Assembly (NCBI GenBank): GCA_038087875.1
Contig: JAXLNO010000503.1
Coordinates: 62,001-126,000 of the forward strand
Direction of reading: 5' to 3'
DNA from: Malacoraja senta
Taxonomy: Eukaryota
DNA length: 64,000 nucleotides
Shown here: positions 12,301 to 25,989 of the stretch, one piece after another
Layout: each line of letters starts with the position of its first letter
Position numbering within the stretch: position 1 is the first letter of the stretch
Program-made: the position numbers and the translations under genes
The notes under the pieces: generated by a model
The model's database searches: none
Seen by the model: the letters and a program-made list of their open reading frames with translations, nothing else
Told to the model about the DNA's origin: nothing

Positions 12301-14957
12301 TGGCGACCTTGCCGGATTTATGGCGAAATTCCCGGATTAATGGCGACCTTGCCGGAAATGTGGCGACCTTGCCGGATTTGTGGCGACCTTGCCCGATTAA
12401 TGGCGACCTTGCCTGAAATGTGGCCACCTTGACGGATTTGTGGCGACTTTGACGGATTTATGGCGACCTTGCCGGGGATGTGGCGACCTTACCGGATTTG
12501 TGTCGACCTTGCCGGATTTATGGCGACATTGCCGGAATTGTGGCGACCTTGCCGGAATTGTGGCGACCTTGACGGATTTATGGCGACTTTATGGGATTTG
12601 TGGCGACCTTGCCGGATTTATGACGACCTTGCTGGAAATGTGGCGACCTTGCCGGATTCATGGCGACCTTGCCGGAAATGTGGCGTCATGCCGGATTTGT
12701 GGCGACGATGCCGGATTTCTGGCGACCTTGCCGAAATGTTGCGAACTTGCCGGATTTGTGGCGACCTTGCCGGATTTATGGCGACCTTGTGGGATTTGTG
12801 GCGACCTTTCCGGATTTATGGCGACCTTGCCGGAAATGTGGCGACCTTGCCGGATTCATGGCGACCTTGCCGGAAATGTGGCGACCTTGCCGGATTTATG
12901 GCGACCTTGTCGCATTTGTGGCGAACTTGCCGCATTTATGGCGACATTGCCGGAAATGTGGCCACCTTTCCGGATTTGCGGCGACCTTGCCGGATTTATG
13001 GCGACCTTGCCCGGAATGTGGCGACCTTGCCGGATTTATGGCGAAATTATCGGATTAATGGCGACCTTGCCGGAAATGTGGCGACCTTGCCGGATATGTG
13101 GCGACCTTGCCCGATTAATGGCGACCTTGCCTGAAATGTGGCGGACCTTGACGGATTTGTGGCGACCTTGACGGATTTATGGCGACCTTGCCGGGGATCT
13201 GGCGACCTTACCGGATTTGTGTCGACCTTGCCGGATTTATGGCGACATTGCCGGAATTGTGGCGACCTTGCCGGAATTGTGGCGAGCTGACGGATTTATG
13301 GCGACTTTGTGGGATTTGTGGCGACCTTGCCGGATTTATGACGACCTTGCCGGAAATGTGGCGGCCTTGCCGGAGTCATGGCGACCTTGCCGGAAATGTG
13401 GCGTCATGCCGGATTCGTGGCGACGATGCCGGATTTCTGGCGACCTTCCGAAATGTTGCGAACTTGCCGGATTTGTGGCGACCTTGCCGGATTTATGGCG
13501 ACCTTGTGGGATTTGTGGCGACCTTGCCGGATTTATCGCGACGTTGCCGGAAATGTGCGACCTTGCCGGATTCATGGCGACCTTGCCGGAAATGTGGCGA
13601 CCTTGCCGGATTTATGGCGACCTTGTCGGATTTGTGGCGAACTTGCCGAATTTATGGCGACATTGCCGGAAATGTGGCGACGTTGCCGGATTTGCGGCGA
13701 CCTTGCCGGATTTATGGCGACCTTGCCCGGAATGTGGCGACCTTCCGGATTTATGGCGAAATTATCGGATTAATGGCGACCTTGCCGGAAATGTGGCGAC
13801 CTTGCGGATTTGTGGCGACCTTGCCCGATTTATGGCGACCTTGCCTGAAATGTGGCGACCTTGACGGATTCGTGGCGACCTTGATGGATTTATGGCGACC
13901 TTGATGGGGATGTGGCGACCTTACAGGATTTGTGTCGACCTTGCCGGATTTATGGCGACATTGCCGGAATTGTGGCGACCTTGCCGGAATTGTGGCGACC
14001 TTGACGGATTTATGGCGACTTTGTGGGATTTGTGGCGACCTTGCCGGATTTATGATGACCTTGGCGGAAATGTGGCGACCTTGCCGGATTCATGGCGACC
14101 TTGCCGGAAATGTGGCGTCATGCCGGATTTGTGGCGACCATGCCGGATTTCTGGAGACCTTGCCGAAATGTTGCGAACTTGCCGGATTTGTGGCGACCTT
14201 GCCGGATCTATGGCGACCTTGCCGGAAATGTGGCGACCTTGCCGGATTTGACGCGACCTTGCCGGAAATATGGCGACCTTGCCGGATTTATGGCGTCCTA
14301 GCCGGATTTATGGCGACCGTGCCGGAAATACGACGACCTTGCCGGAGTTATGGCGACTTTGCAGATTTATGGCAAACTTGCCGGATTTATGGCGACTTTG
14401 CCGGAACTATGGCGACATCGCCGGAATTATGGCGACCTTGCCCAATTTATGGCGACCTCGCCGGAAATATGGCGACCTCGCCGGATTTATGTCGACCTTG
14501 CCTAAAATATGGCGACCTTGCCGGATTTCTGGCGACGTTGCCGCATTTGTGCCGACCTTGCCGGATTTATGGTGACCTTGCCGGAAATATGGCAACATTG
14601 CCGGAAATGTGGCGACCTTGCCGGATTTGTGGCGACATTGCCGGATTTATGGCGACATTGCCGGAAATGTGGCGACCTTGCCGGATTTGTGGCGACCTTG
14701 CCGGATTTATGGCGACCTTGCCGGGAATGTGGCGACCTTGCCGGATTTATGGCGACATTCCCGGATTAATGGCGACCTTGCCGGAAATGTGGCGACCTTG
14801 CCGGAGATGTGGCGACCTTGCCGCACTTGTGGCGACCCTGCTGGATTTGTGGCGACCTTGCCGAATTTATGGCGACCTTGCCGGAAATGTGGCGAACTTG
14901 CCGGATTTGTGGCGACCTTGCCGGATTTATGGCGATCTTGCCCGAAATGTGGCGACC
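6306..14957 (+). repeat. 20-bp tandem satellite, domain A (right of L1)
   Basis: Same monomer and orientation; resumes at gtcctagccgg and ends at ...ggcgacc at the inversion junction. Confidence 0.98.
9190..14430 (+). repeat. Nested HOR: ~2634-bp duplication containing a ~718-bp duplication
   Basis: Variant strings recur at offset 2634 (ORFs 9426/12060, 9806/12440, 10026/12660) and offset 718 (9806/10524, 10026/10744); boundaries approximate. Confidence 0.85.
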
Positions 14958-14967
14958 GGTGTGTGGT
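14958..14967. other. Satellite inversion junction with 10-bp filler GGTGTGTGGT
   Basis: ...aaatgtggcgacc|ggtgtgtggt|gtaaatccggcaaggtcgc...; monomers switch from + to - strand. Confidence 0.92.
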
Positions 14968-17900
14968 GTAAATCCGGCAAGGTCGCAACAAATCCGGCGA
15001 GGACGCCATATTTCCGGCAAGGTCGCCATACATCCGGCAAGGTCGCCATAAATCCGGCGAGGTGGCCATATGTCCGTCAAGGTCGCCATAAATCCGGCAA
15101 GGTAGCCAAAAATCCGGCAAGGTCGCCATAGATCCGGCAAGGTCGACAGAATTCCAGCAAGGTCGCCATATTTCCGGCAATTCGCCACAAATTCGGCGAG
15201 GTCGCCATATTCCCGGCAAGGTCGCCATATATCCGGCAAGGCCGCCATAAATCCCGCGATGTCGCCATATTTCCGGTAAAGTCGCCACAAATCCGGCAAG
15301 GTCGCCATAAATCCGGCAAGGTCGCCATATTTCCGGCAAGGTCGCCACAAATCCGGCCAGGGTGCCATAATTCCGGCAAGGTCGCCATAAATCAGGCAAA
15401 GTCGCCATACTTCCGGCAAGGTCGCCATAAATCCAGCGAGGTCGCCATATTTCCGGCAAGGTCGCCATAAATCCGGTAAGGTCGCCATAATTCCGGCGAG
15501 GTCGCCATATTCCGGCAAGTTCGCCATCAATCCGGCAAGGTCGCCATAATCCCGGAAAAGTCGCCATAAATCCTGCAAGTTCGCCACAAATCCGGCAAGG
15601 TCGCCATAAATCCGGCAAGGTCGCCATATTTCCGACAAGGTCGCCATAAATCTGGCAAGGTTGCCTCAAATCCGGCAAGGTCGCCACATTTCCATCAAGG
15701 TAGCCATATATTCGGCAAGGTTGCGTCAAATCCGGCAAGGTCGCCACATTTCCGGCAAGGTCGCCATAGATCCGGCAAGGTCGCCACAAATCCGGCAAGG
15801 TCGCCATATTTCCGGCAAGGTCGCCTTAAATCCGGCGAGGTCGCCATAAATCCGGCGAGGTCGCCATATTTCCGGCAAGGTCGCCATATATCCGGCGAGG
15901 TCGCCATATTTTCGTCAAGCTCGCCAATTATCCGGCAAGGTCGCATTAAATCCGGCGAGGTCGCCATATTTCCGGCACGGTCGCCACAAATATGGCAAGG
16001 TCGCCATAAATGCGGCAACGTCGACAGAAGTCCAGCAACGTCGCCATATTCCCGGCAAGGTCGCCATAAATCCGGCAAGGTCGCCATAAATCCGGCGAGG
16101 TGGCCATATGTCCGTCAAGGTCGCCATAAATCCGGCAAGGTAGCCAAAAATCCGGCAAGGTCGCCATAGATCCGGCAAGGTCGCCACAAATCCGGCCAGG
16201 GTGCCATAATTCCGGCAAGGTCGCCATAAATCAGGGCAAAGTCGCCATACTTCCGGCAAGGTCGCCATAAATCCAGCGAGGTCGCCATATTTCCGGCAAG
16301 GTCGCCATAAATCCGGTAAGGTCGCCATAATTCCGGCGAGGTCGCATATTTCCGGCAAGTTCGCCATAAATCCGGCAAGGTCGCCATAATCCCGGAAAAG
16401 TAGCCATAAATCCTGCAAGTTCGCCACAAATCCGGCAAGGTCGCCATAAATTCGGCAAGGTCGCCATATTTCCGACAAGGTCGCCATAAATCTGGCAAGG
16501 TTGCCTCAAATCCGGCAAGGTCGCCACATTTCCATCAAGGTAGCCATATATTCGGCAAGGTTGCGTCAAATCCGGCAAGGTCGCCACATTTCCGGCAAGG
16601 TCGCCATAGATCCGGCAAGGTCGCCACAAATCCGGCAAGGTCGCCATATTTCCGGCAAGGTCGCCATAAATCCGGCGAGGTCGCCATAAATCCGGCGAGG
16701 TCGCCATATTTCCGGCAATGTCGCCATATATCCGGCGAGGTCGCCATATTTCCGGCAAGCTCGCCAATTATCCGGCAAGGTCGCATTAAATCCGGCGAGG
16801 TCGCCATATTTCCGGCACGGTCGCCACAAATATGGCAAGGTCGCCATAAATGCGGCAACGTCGACAGAAGTCCAGCAACGTCGCCATATTCCCGGCAAGG
16901 TCGCCATAAATCCGGCAAGGTCGCCATAAATCCGGCGAGGTGGCCATATGTCCGTCAAGGTCGCCTTAAATCCGGCAAGGTAGCCAAAAATCCGGCAAGG
17001 TCGCCATAGATCCGGCATGGTCGCCACAAATCCGGCCAGGGTGCCATAATTCCGGCAAGGTCACCATAAATCAGGCAAAGTCGCCATACTTCCGGCAAGG
17101 TCGCCATACATCCAGCGAGGTCGCCATATTTCCGGCAAGGTCGCCATAAATCCGGTAAGGTCGCCATAATTCCGGCGAGTTCGCCATATTTCCGGCAAGG
17201 TAGCCAAAAATCCGGCAAGGTCGCCATAGATCCGGCAAGGTCGACAGAAGTCCAGCAAGGTCGCCACATTTCCGGCAAGGTCGCCATAGATCCGGCAAGG
17301 TCGCCACAAATCCGGCAAGGTCGCCATATTTCCGGCAAGGTCGCCTTAAATCCGGCGAGGTCGCCATAAATCCGGCGAGGTCGCCATATTTCCGGCAAGG
17401 TCGCCATATATCCGGCGAGGTCGCCATATTTCGGCAAGCTCGCCAATTATCCGGCAAGGTCGCATTAAATCCGGCGAGGTCGCCATATTTCCGGCAATTC
17501 GCCACAAATTCGGCGAAGTCGCCATATTCCCGGCAAGGTCGCCATATATCCGGCAAGGCCGCCATAAATCCCGCGAGGTCGCCATATTTCCGGTAAAGTC
17601 GCCACAAATCCGGCAAGGTCGCCATAAATCCGGCAAGGTCGCCATATTTCCGGCAAGGTCGCCACAAATCCGGCCAGGGTGCCATAATTCCGGCACGGTC
17701 GCCATAAATCCGGTAAGGTCGCCATAATTTCGGCGAGGTCGCCATATTTCCGGCAAGTTCGCCATCAATCCGGCAAGGTCGCCATAATCCCAGAAAAGTC
17801 GCCATAAATCCTGCAAGTTCGCCACAAATCCGGCAAGGTCGCCATAAATCCGGCAAGGTCGCCATATTTCCGACAAGGTCGCCATAAATCTGGCAAGGTT

Positions 17901-20900
17901 GCCTCAAATCCGGCAAGGTCGCCACATTTCCATCAAGGTAGCCATATATTCGGCAAGGTTGCGTCAAATCCGGCAAGGTCGCCACATTTCCGGCATGGTC
18001 GCCATAGATCCGGCAAGGTCGCCACAAATCCGGCAAGGTCGCCATATTTCCGGCAAGGTCGCCTTAAATCCGGCGAGGTCGCCATAAATCCGGCGAGGTC
18101 GCCATATTTCCGGCAAGGTCGCCATATATCCGGCGAGGTCGCCATATTTCCGGCAAGCTCGCCAATTATCCGGCAAGGTCGCATTAAATCCGGCGAGGTC
18201 GCCATATTTCCGGCACGGTCGCCACAAATATGGCAAGGTCGCCATAAATGCGGCAACGTCGACAGAAGTCCAGCAACGTCGCCATATTCCCGGCAAGGTC
18301 GCCATAAATCCGGCAAGGTCGCCATAAATCCGGCGAGGTGGCCATATGTCCGTCAAGGTCGCCTTAAATCCGGCAAGGTAGCCAAAAATCCGGCAAGGTC
18401 GCCATAGATCCGGCATGGTCGCCACAAATCCGGCCAGGGTGCCATAATTCCGGCAAGGTCGCCATAAATCAGGCAAAGTCGCCATACTTCCGGCAAGGTC
18501 GCCATACATCCAGCGAGGTCGCCATATTTCCGGCAAGGTCGCCATATTTCCGGCAATTCGCCACAAATTCGGCGAGGTCGCCATATTCCCGGCAAGGTCG
18601 CCATATATCCGGCAAGGCCGCCATAAATCCCGCGAGGTCGCCATATTTCGGTAAAGTCGCCACAAATCCGGCAAGGTCGCCATAAATCCGGCAAGGTCGC
18701 CATATTTCCGGCAAGGTCGCCACAAATCCGGCCAGGGTGCCATAATTCCGGCACGGTCGCCATAAATCAGGCAAAGTCGCCATACTTCCGGCAAGGTCGC
18801 CATAAATCCAGCGAGGTCGCCATATTTCCGGCAAGGTCGCCATAAATCCGGTAAGGTCGCCATAATTCCGGCGAGGTCGCCATATTTCCGGCAAGTTCGC
18901 CATCAATCCGGCAAGGTCGCCATAATCCCAGAAAAGTCGCCATAAATCCTGCAAGTTCGCCACAAATCCGGCAAGGTCGCCATAAATCCGGCAAGGTCGC
19001 CATATTTCCGACAAGGTCGCCATAAATCTGGCAAGGTTGCCTCAAATCCGGCAAGGTCGCCACATTTCCATCAAGGTAGCCATATATTCGGCAAGGTTGC
19101 GTCAAATCCGGCAAGGTCGCCACATTTCCGGCATGGTCGCCATAAATCCGGCAAGGTCGCCACAAATCCGGCAAGGTCGCCATATTTCCGGCAAGGCCGC
19201 CTTAAATCCGGCGAGGTCGCCATAAATCCGGCGAGGTCGCCATATTTCCGGCAAGGTCGCCATATATCCGGCGAGGTCGCCATATTTCCGGCAAGCTCGC
19301 CAATTATCCGGCAAGGTCGCATTAAATCCGGCGAGGTCGCCATATTTCCGGCACGGTCGCCACAAATATGGCAAGGTCGCCATAAATGCGGCAACGTCGA
19401 CAGAAGTCGAGCAACGTCGCCATATTCCCGGCAAGGTCGCCATAAATCCGGCAAGGTCGCCATAAATCCGGCGAGGTGGCCATATGTCCGTCAAGGTCGC
19501 CTTAAATCCGGCAAGGTAGCCAAAAATCCGGCAAGGTCGCCATAGATCCGGCATGGTCGCCACAAATCCGGCCAGGGTGCCATAATTCCGGCAAGGTCGC
19601 CATAAATCAGGCAAAGTCGCCATACTTCCGGCAAGGTCGCCATACATCCAGCGAGGTCGCCATATTTCCGGCAAGGTCGCCATAAATCCGGTAAGGTCGC
19701 CATAATTCCGGCGAGGTCGCCATATTTCCGGCAAGTTCGCCATAAATCCGGCAAGGTCGCCATAATCCCGGAAAAGTCGCCATAAATCCTGCAAGTTCCG
19801 CCACAAATCCGGCAAGGTCGCCATAAATCCGGCAAGGTCGCCATATTTCCGACAAGGTCGCCATAAATCTGGCAAGGTTGCCTCAAATCCGGCAAGGTCG
19901 CCACATTTCCATCAAGGTAGCCATATATTCGGCAAGGTTGCGTCAAATCCGGCAAGGTCGCCACATTTCCGGCAAGGTCGCCATAGATCCGGCAAGGTCG
20001 CCACAAATCCGGCAAGGTCGCCATATTTCCGGCAAGGTCGCCATAAATCCGGCGAGGTCGCCATAAATCCGGCGAGGTCGCCATATTTCCGGCAAGGTCG
20101 CCATATATCCGGCGAGGTCGCCATATTTCCGGCAAGCTCGCCAATTATCCGGCAAGGTCGCATTAAATCCGGCGAAGTCGCCATATTTCCAGGCACGGTC
20201 GCCACAAATATAGCAAGGTCGCCATAAATGCGGCAACGTCGACAGAAGTCCAGCAACGTCGCCATATTTCCCGGCAAGGTCGCCATAAATCCGGCAGGGT
20301 CGCCATAAATCCGGCGAGGTGGCCATATGTCCGTCAAGGTCGCCATAATCCGGCAAGGTAGCCAAAAATCCGGCAAGGTCGCCATAGATCCGGCAAGGTC
20401 GACAGAAGTCCAGCAAGGTCGCCACATTTCCGGAAAGGTCGCCATAGATCCGGCAAGGTCGCCACAAATCCGGCAAGGTCGCCATATTTCCGGCAAGGTC
20501 GCCTTAAATCCGGCGAGGTCGCCATAAATCCGGCGAGGTCGCCATATTTCCGGCAAGGTCGCCATATATCCGGTGAGGTCGCCATATTTTCGGCAAGCTC
20601 GCCAATTATCCGCAAGGTCGCATTAAATCCGGCGAGGTCGCCATATTTCCGGCACGGTCGCCACAAATATGGCAAGGTCGCCATAAATGCGGCAACGTCG
20701 ACAGAAGTCCAGCAACGTCGCCATATTCCCGGCAAGGTCGCCATAAATCCGGCAAGGTCGCCATAAATCCGGCGAGGTGGCCATATGTCCGTCAAGGTCG
20801 CCATAAATCCGGCAAGGTAGCCAAAAATCCGGCAAAGTCGCCATAGATCCGGCAACGTCGCCACAAATCCGGCCCAGGGTGCCATAATTCCGGCAAGGTC

Positions 20901-21318
20901 GCCATAAATCAGGCAAAGTCGCCATACTTCCGGCAAGGTCGCCATAAATCCAGCGAGGTCGCCATATTTCCGGCAAGGTCGCCATAAATCCGGTAAGGTC
21001 GCCATAATTCCGGCGAGGTCGCCATATTTCCGGCAAGTTCGCCATAAATCCGGCAAGGTCGCCATAATCCCGGAAAAGTCGCCATAAATCCTGCAAGTTC
21101 GCCACAAATCCGGCAAGGTCGCCATAAATCCGGCAAGGTCGCCATATTTCCGACAAGGTCGCCATAAATCTGGCAAGGTTGCCTCAAATCCGGCAAGGTC
21201 GCCACATTTCCATCAAGGTAGCCATATATTCGGCAAGGTTGCGTCAAATCCGGCAAGGTCGCCACATTTCCGGCAAGGTCGCCATAGATCCGGCAAGGTC
21301 GCCACAAATCCGGCAAGG
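14968..21318 (-). repeat. 20-bp satellite, domain B, with modular HORs (marker spacings ~840, 1398, 1138, 841, ~1300 bp)
   Basis: Reverse-complement monomer; marker tctggcaaggttgcctcaaa...ttccatcaaggtagcc recurs at ~15651, 16491, 17889, 19027, 19868, 21169. Confidence 0.95.
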
Positions 21319-21600
21319 ATAAGGGGAAAATCCTTTAAGACCGAGATGAGGAAAAACTTTTTCACACAGAGAGTGGTGAATCTCTGGAACTCTCTGCCAC
21401 AGAGGGTAGTTGAGGCCAGTTCATTGGCTATATTTAAGAGGGAATTAGATGTGGCCCTTGTGGCTAAAGGGATCAGGGGGTATGGAGAGAAGGCAGGTAC
21501 GGGATACTGAGTTGGATGATCAGCCATGATCGTATTGAATGGCGGTGCAGGCTCGAAGGGCCGAATGGCCTACTCTGCACCTAATTTCTATGTATCTATG
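21315..21600 (+). mobile_element. CR1-clade LINE 3' fragment (~285 bp)
   Basis: Encodes RIRGKSFKTEMRKNFFTQRVVNLWNSLP...GYGEKAGTGY*, then 3' UTR hairpins and a degenerate (TTTCTATG)n tail; very similar to 26627-27763. Confidence 0.92.
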
Positions 21601-21610
21601 TAAGGTCGCC

Positions 21611-21810
21611 NNNNNNNNNNNNNNNNNNNNNNNNNNNNNNNNNNNNNNNNNNNNNNNNNNNNNNNNNNNNNNNNNNNNNNNNNNNNNNNNNNNNNNNNNN
21701 NNNNNNNNNNNNNNNNNNNNNNNNNNNNNNNNNNNNNNNNNNNNNNNNNNNNNNNNNNNNNNNNNNNNNNNNNNNNNNNNNNNNNNNNNNNNNNNNNNNN
21801 NNNNNNNNNN
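21611..21810. other. Assembly gap (200 N)
   Basis: Round-number N run, most likely a fixed-size scaffolding gap of unknown true length. Confidence 0.97.
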
Positions 21811-24800
21811 GGTACAAATGCGGCAAGGTCGGCATATTTCCGGCAAGGTCGCCATGAATCCGGCAACGTCGCAATAAATCCGGCAAGGTCGCCACAAATC
21901 CGTCAAGATCGCCTCATTTGCGGCAATGTCGCCTTAAATCCGGCAAGGTCGCCATAAATCCGGCAATGTCGCCACATTCCCGGCAAGGTCGCCACAAGTG
22001 CGGCAAGGTCGCCACATCCCCGGCAAGGTCGCCATAAATCCGGCAAGGTCGCCACAAATCCGGGCAAGGTCGCCACATTTCCGGCAAGGTCGCCATAAAT
22101 CCGGCAAGGTCGCCACATTTCCGGCAAGGTCGCCATAAATCCGGCAAGGCCGCCATAAATCCGGCAAGGACCCCACATTTCCGGCAAGGTCGCAATAAAT
22201 TTGGCAAGGTCGCCACAAATCCGACAAGGTCGCCATATTTCCGGCAAGGTCGCCATAAATCCCGCAATGTCGCCACAAATCCGGCAAGGTCGCCATATTT
22301 CAGGCAAGGTCGCCATCAATCCGGCAAGGTAGCCACTAATCCAGCAAGGTCGCCATATTTCCGGCAAAATCGCTATAATTCCAGCAAGGTCGCCACAAAC
22401 CCGGCAAGGCCGCCATATTTCCGGCGGTCGCCATAATTCCGGCAGGGTGGCCACAAATCAGGAAAGGTCGCCATATTTCCGGCAATGTCGCCATAAATCC
22501 GGCAAGGTGGCCTCAAATCCGGCTAGGTCGCCATATTTCCGGCGAGGTCGCTATAATCCTGCAAGGTGGCCTCAAATCCGGGAAGATCGCCACATTCCCG
22601 GCAAGGTCGCCATAAATCCGGCAAGGTCGCCACAAATCCGGGAATGTCGCCACAAATGCGGCAAGGTCGCCATATTTCCGGCAAGGTCGCCATAAATCCG
22701 GCAAGGTCGCCACAAATGCGGCAAGGTCGACATATTTCCGGCAAGGTCGCCACAAATCCGGCAATGTCGCCACAAATGCGGCAAGGTCGCCATATTTCCG
22801 GCAAGGTCGCCATAAATCCGGCAAGGTCGCCACAAATGCGGCAAGGTCCACATATTTCCGGCAAGGTCGCAATAAATCCGGCTAGGTCGCCACAAATGCG
22901 GCAAGGTCGACATATTTCCGGCAAGATCGCCATAAATCCGGCAAGGCCGGTACAAATGCGGCAAGGTCGGCATATTACCGGCAAGGTCGCCATGAATCCG
23001 GCAACGTCGCAATAAATCCGGCAAGGTCGCCACAAATCCGTCAAGATCGCCTCATTTGCGGCAATGTCGCCTTAAATCCGGAAAGGTCGCCATAAATCCG
23101 GCAATGTCGCCACATTCCCGGCAAGGTCGCCACAAATGCGGCAAGGTCGCCACATCCCCGGCAAGGTCGCCATAAATCCGGCAAGGTCGCCACAAATCCG
23201 GGCAAGGTCGCCACATTTCCGACAAGGTCGCCATAAATCCGGCAAGGTCGCCACATTTCCGGCAAGGTCGCCATAAATCCGGCAAGGCCGCCAATAAATC
23301 CGGCAAGGACCCCACATTTCCGGCAAGGTCGCAATAATTTGGCAAGGTCGCCACAAATCCGACAAGGTCGCCATATTTCCGGCAAGGTCGCCATAAATCC
23401 CGCAATGTCGCCACAAATCCGGCAAGGTCGCCATATTTCAGGCAAGGTCGCCATCAATCCGGCAAGGTAGCCACTAATCCAGCAAGGTCGCCATATTTCC
23501 GGCAAAATCGCTATAATTCCAGCAAGGTCGCCACAAACCCGGCAAGGCCGCCATATTTCCGGCGGTCGCCATAATTCCGGCAGGGTGGCCACAAATCAGG
23601 AAAGGTCGCCATATTTCCGGCAATGTCGCCATAAATCCGGCAAGGTGGCCTCAAATCCGGCTAGGTCGCCATATTTCCGGCGAGGTCGCTATAATCCTGC
23701 AAGGTGGCCTCAAATCCCGGAAGATCGCCACATTCCCGGCAAGGTCGCCATAAATCCGGCAAGGTCGCCACAAATCCGGGAATGTCGCCACAAATGCGGC
23801 AAGGTCGCCATATTTCCGGCAAGGTCGCCATAAATCCGGCAAGGTCGCCACAAATGCGGCAAGGTCGACATATTTCCGGCAAAATCGCCATAAATCCGGC
23901 AAGGGCGGTACAAATGCGGCAAGGTCGGCATATTTCCGGCAAGGTCGCCATAAATCCGGCAAGGTCGCAATAAATCCAGCAAGGTCGCCACAAATCCGTC
24001 AAGGTCGCCACATTTGCGGCAATGTCGCCTTAAATCCGGCAAGGTCGCCACAATTATGGCAAGGTCGTCACAATTCCGGCAAGGTCGCCATAAATCCGGC
24101 AAGGTCGCCACAAATGCGGCAAGGTCGCCACATCCCCAGCAAGGTCGACATAAATGCGGCAAGGTCGCCACAAATCCGTCAAGGTCGCCACATTTCAGGC
24201 TACGTCGCCATAAATCCGGCAAGGTCGCCACAAATCCGGCAAGGTCGCCACATTTCCGGCAAGGTCGCCATTAATCCGGGAAGGTCGCCATATTTCCGGC
24301 AATGTCGCCATAAATCCGGCAAGGTGGCCTCAAATCCGGCTAGGTCGCCATATTTCCGGCGAGGTCGCTATAATCCGGCAAGGTGGCTTCAAATCCGGCA
24401 AGATCGCCACATTCCCGGCAAGGTCGCCATAAATCCGGCAAGGTCGCCACAAATCCGGCATGGTCGCCACATTTCCAGCAAGGTCGCCATTAATCCGGCA
24501 AGGTCGCCACAAACCCGGCAAGGTCGCCACATTTCCGGCAAGGTCGCCATTATTCCTGGAAGGTCGCCATAGATCCGGCAAGGTCGCCACAATCCCGGCA
24601 AGGCCGCCATAAATCCGGCTATATCGCCATAAACTCGTCAAGGTCGCCACATTTCCGTCAAGGTCGCCATAAATCGGCAAGGTCGGCACAAATCCGCCAA
24701 GGTCGCCATGTTTCCGGCAAGGTCGCCATAACTCCGGCAAGGTGGTCACAAATGCGGCAAGGTCCACATATTTCCGGCAAGGTCGCAATAAATCCGGCAA

Positions 24801-25989
24801 GGTCGCCACAAATGCGGCAAGGTCGACATATTTCCGGCAAGATCGTCATAAATCCGGGAAAGTCGGTACAAATGCGGCAAGGTCGGCATATTTCCGGCAA
24901 GGTCGCCATAAATCCGGCAAGGTCGCAATAGATCCGGCAAGGTCGCCACAAATCCGTCCAAGGTCGCCACATTTGCGGCAATGTCGCCTTAAATCCGGCA
25001 AGGTCGCCACAATTACGGCAAGGTCGTCACAATCCCGGCAATGTCGCCATAAACACGGCAAGGTCGCCACACATGCGGCAAGGTCGCCACATCCCCGGCA
25101 AGGTCGACATAAATGCGGCAAGGTCGCCATAAATCCGTCAAGGTCGCCACATTTCAGGCTAGGTCGCCATAAACCCGGCAAGGTCGCCACAAATCCGGCA
25201 AGGTCGCCACATTTCCGGCAAGGTCGCCATTAATCCGGGAAGGTCGCCATAAATCCGGCAAGGTCGCCACATTCCCGGCAAGGTCGCCATAAATCCGGCA
25301 AGGCCTCCACAAATCCGCAAGGTCGCCACATTTCCGGCAAGGTCGCCATAAATCCGGCAAGGTCGCCACATTTCCGGCAAGGCCGCCATAAATCCGACAA
25401 GGCCGCCACAAATCCGGCAAGGACACCACATTTTCGGCAAGGTCGAAATAAATCAGGCAAGTTCGCCACAAATCCGACAACGTCGCCATATTTCCGGGAA
25501 GGTCGCCATAAATCCCGCAAGGTCGCCACAAATCCGGCAAGGTCGCCATATTTCCGGCAAGGTCGCCACTAATCCGGCAAGGTCGCCACTAATCCGGCAA
25601 GGTCGCCATATTTCCGGCAAATTCGCTATAATTCCAGCAAGGTCGCCACAAACCCGGCAAGGACGCCATATTTCCGGCATGGTCGCCATAATTCCGGCAA
25701 GGTGGCCACAAATCAGGAAAGGTCGCCATATTTCAGGCAATGTCCCCATAAATCCGGCAAGGTGGCCTCAAATCCGGCTAGGTCGCCATATTTCCGGCGA
25801 GGTCGCTATAATCCGGCAAGGTGGCCTCAAATCCGGCAAGATCGCCACATTCCCGGCAAGGTCGACATAAATTCGGCAAGGTCGCCACAAATGCGGCAAG
25901 GTCGCCATATTTCCGGCAAGGTCGCCATAAATCCGTCAAGGTCGCCATATTTCCGACACGATCGCCATAAATACGGCAAGGTCGCCACA
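21811..25989 (-). repeat. 20-bp satellite, domain C (part 1), including a 1138-bp tandem duplication at ~21811-23880
   Basis: Variant strings at offset 1138 (ORFs 21903/23041, 22447/23585). Confidence 0.95.

Noticed and set aside
14958..14967. Filler as a telomere remnant
   Set aside because: It contains no TTAGGG and is too short to assign.
21520..21906. ORFs spanning the N run
   Set aside because: Artefacts of the assembly gap.
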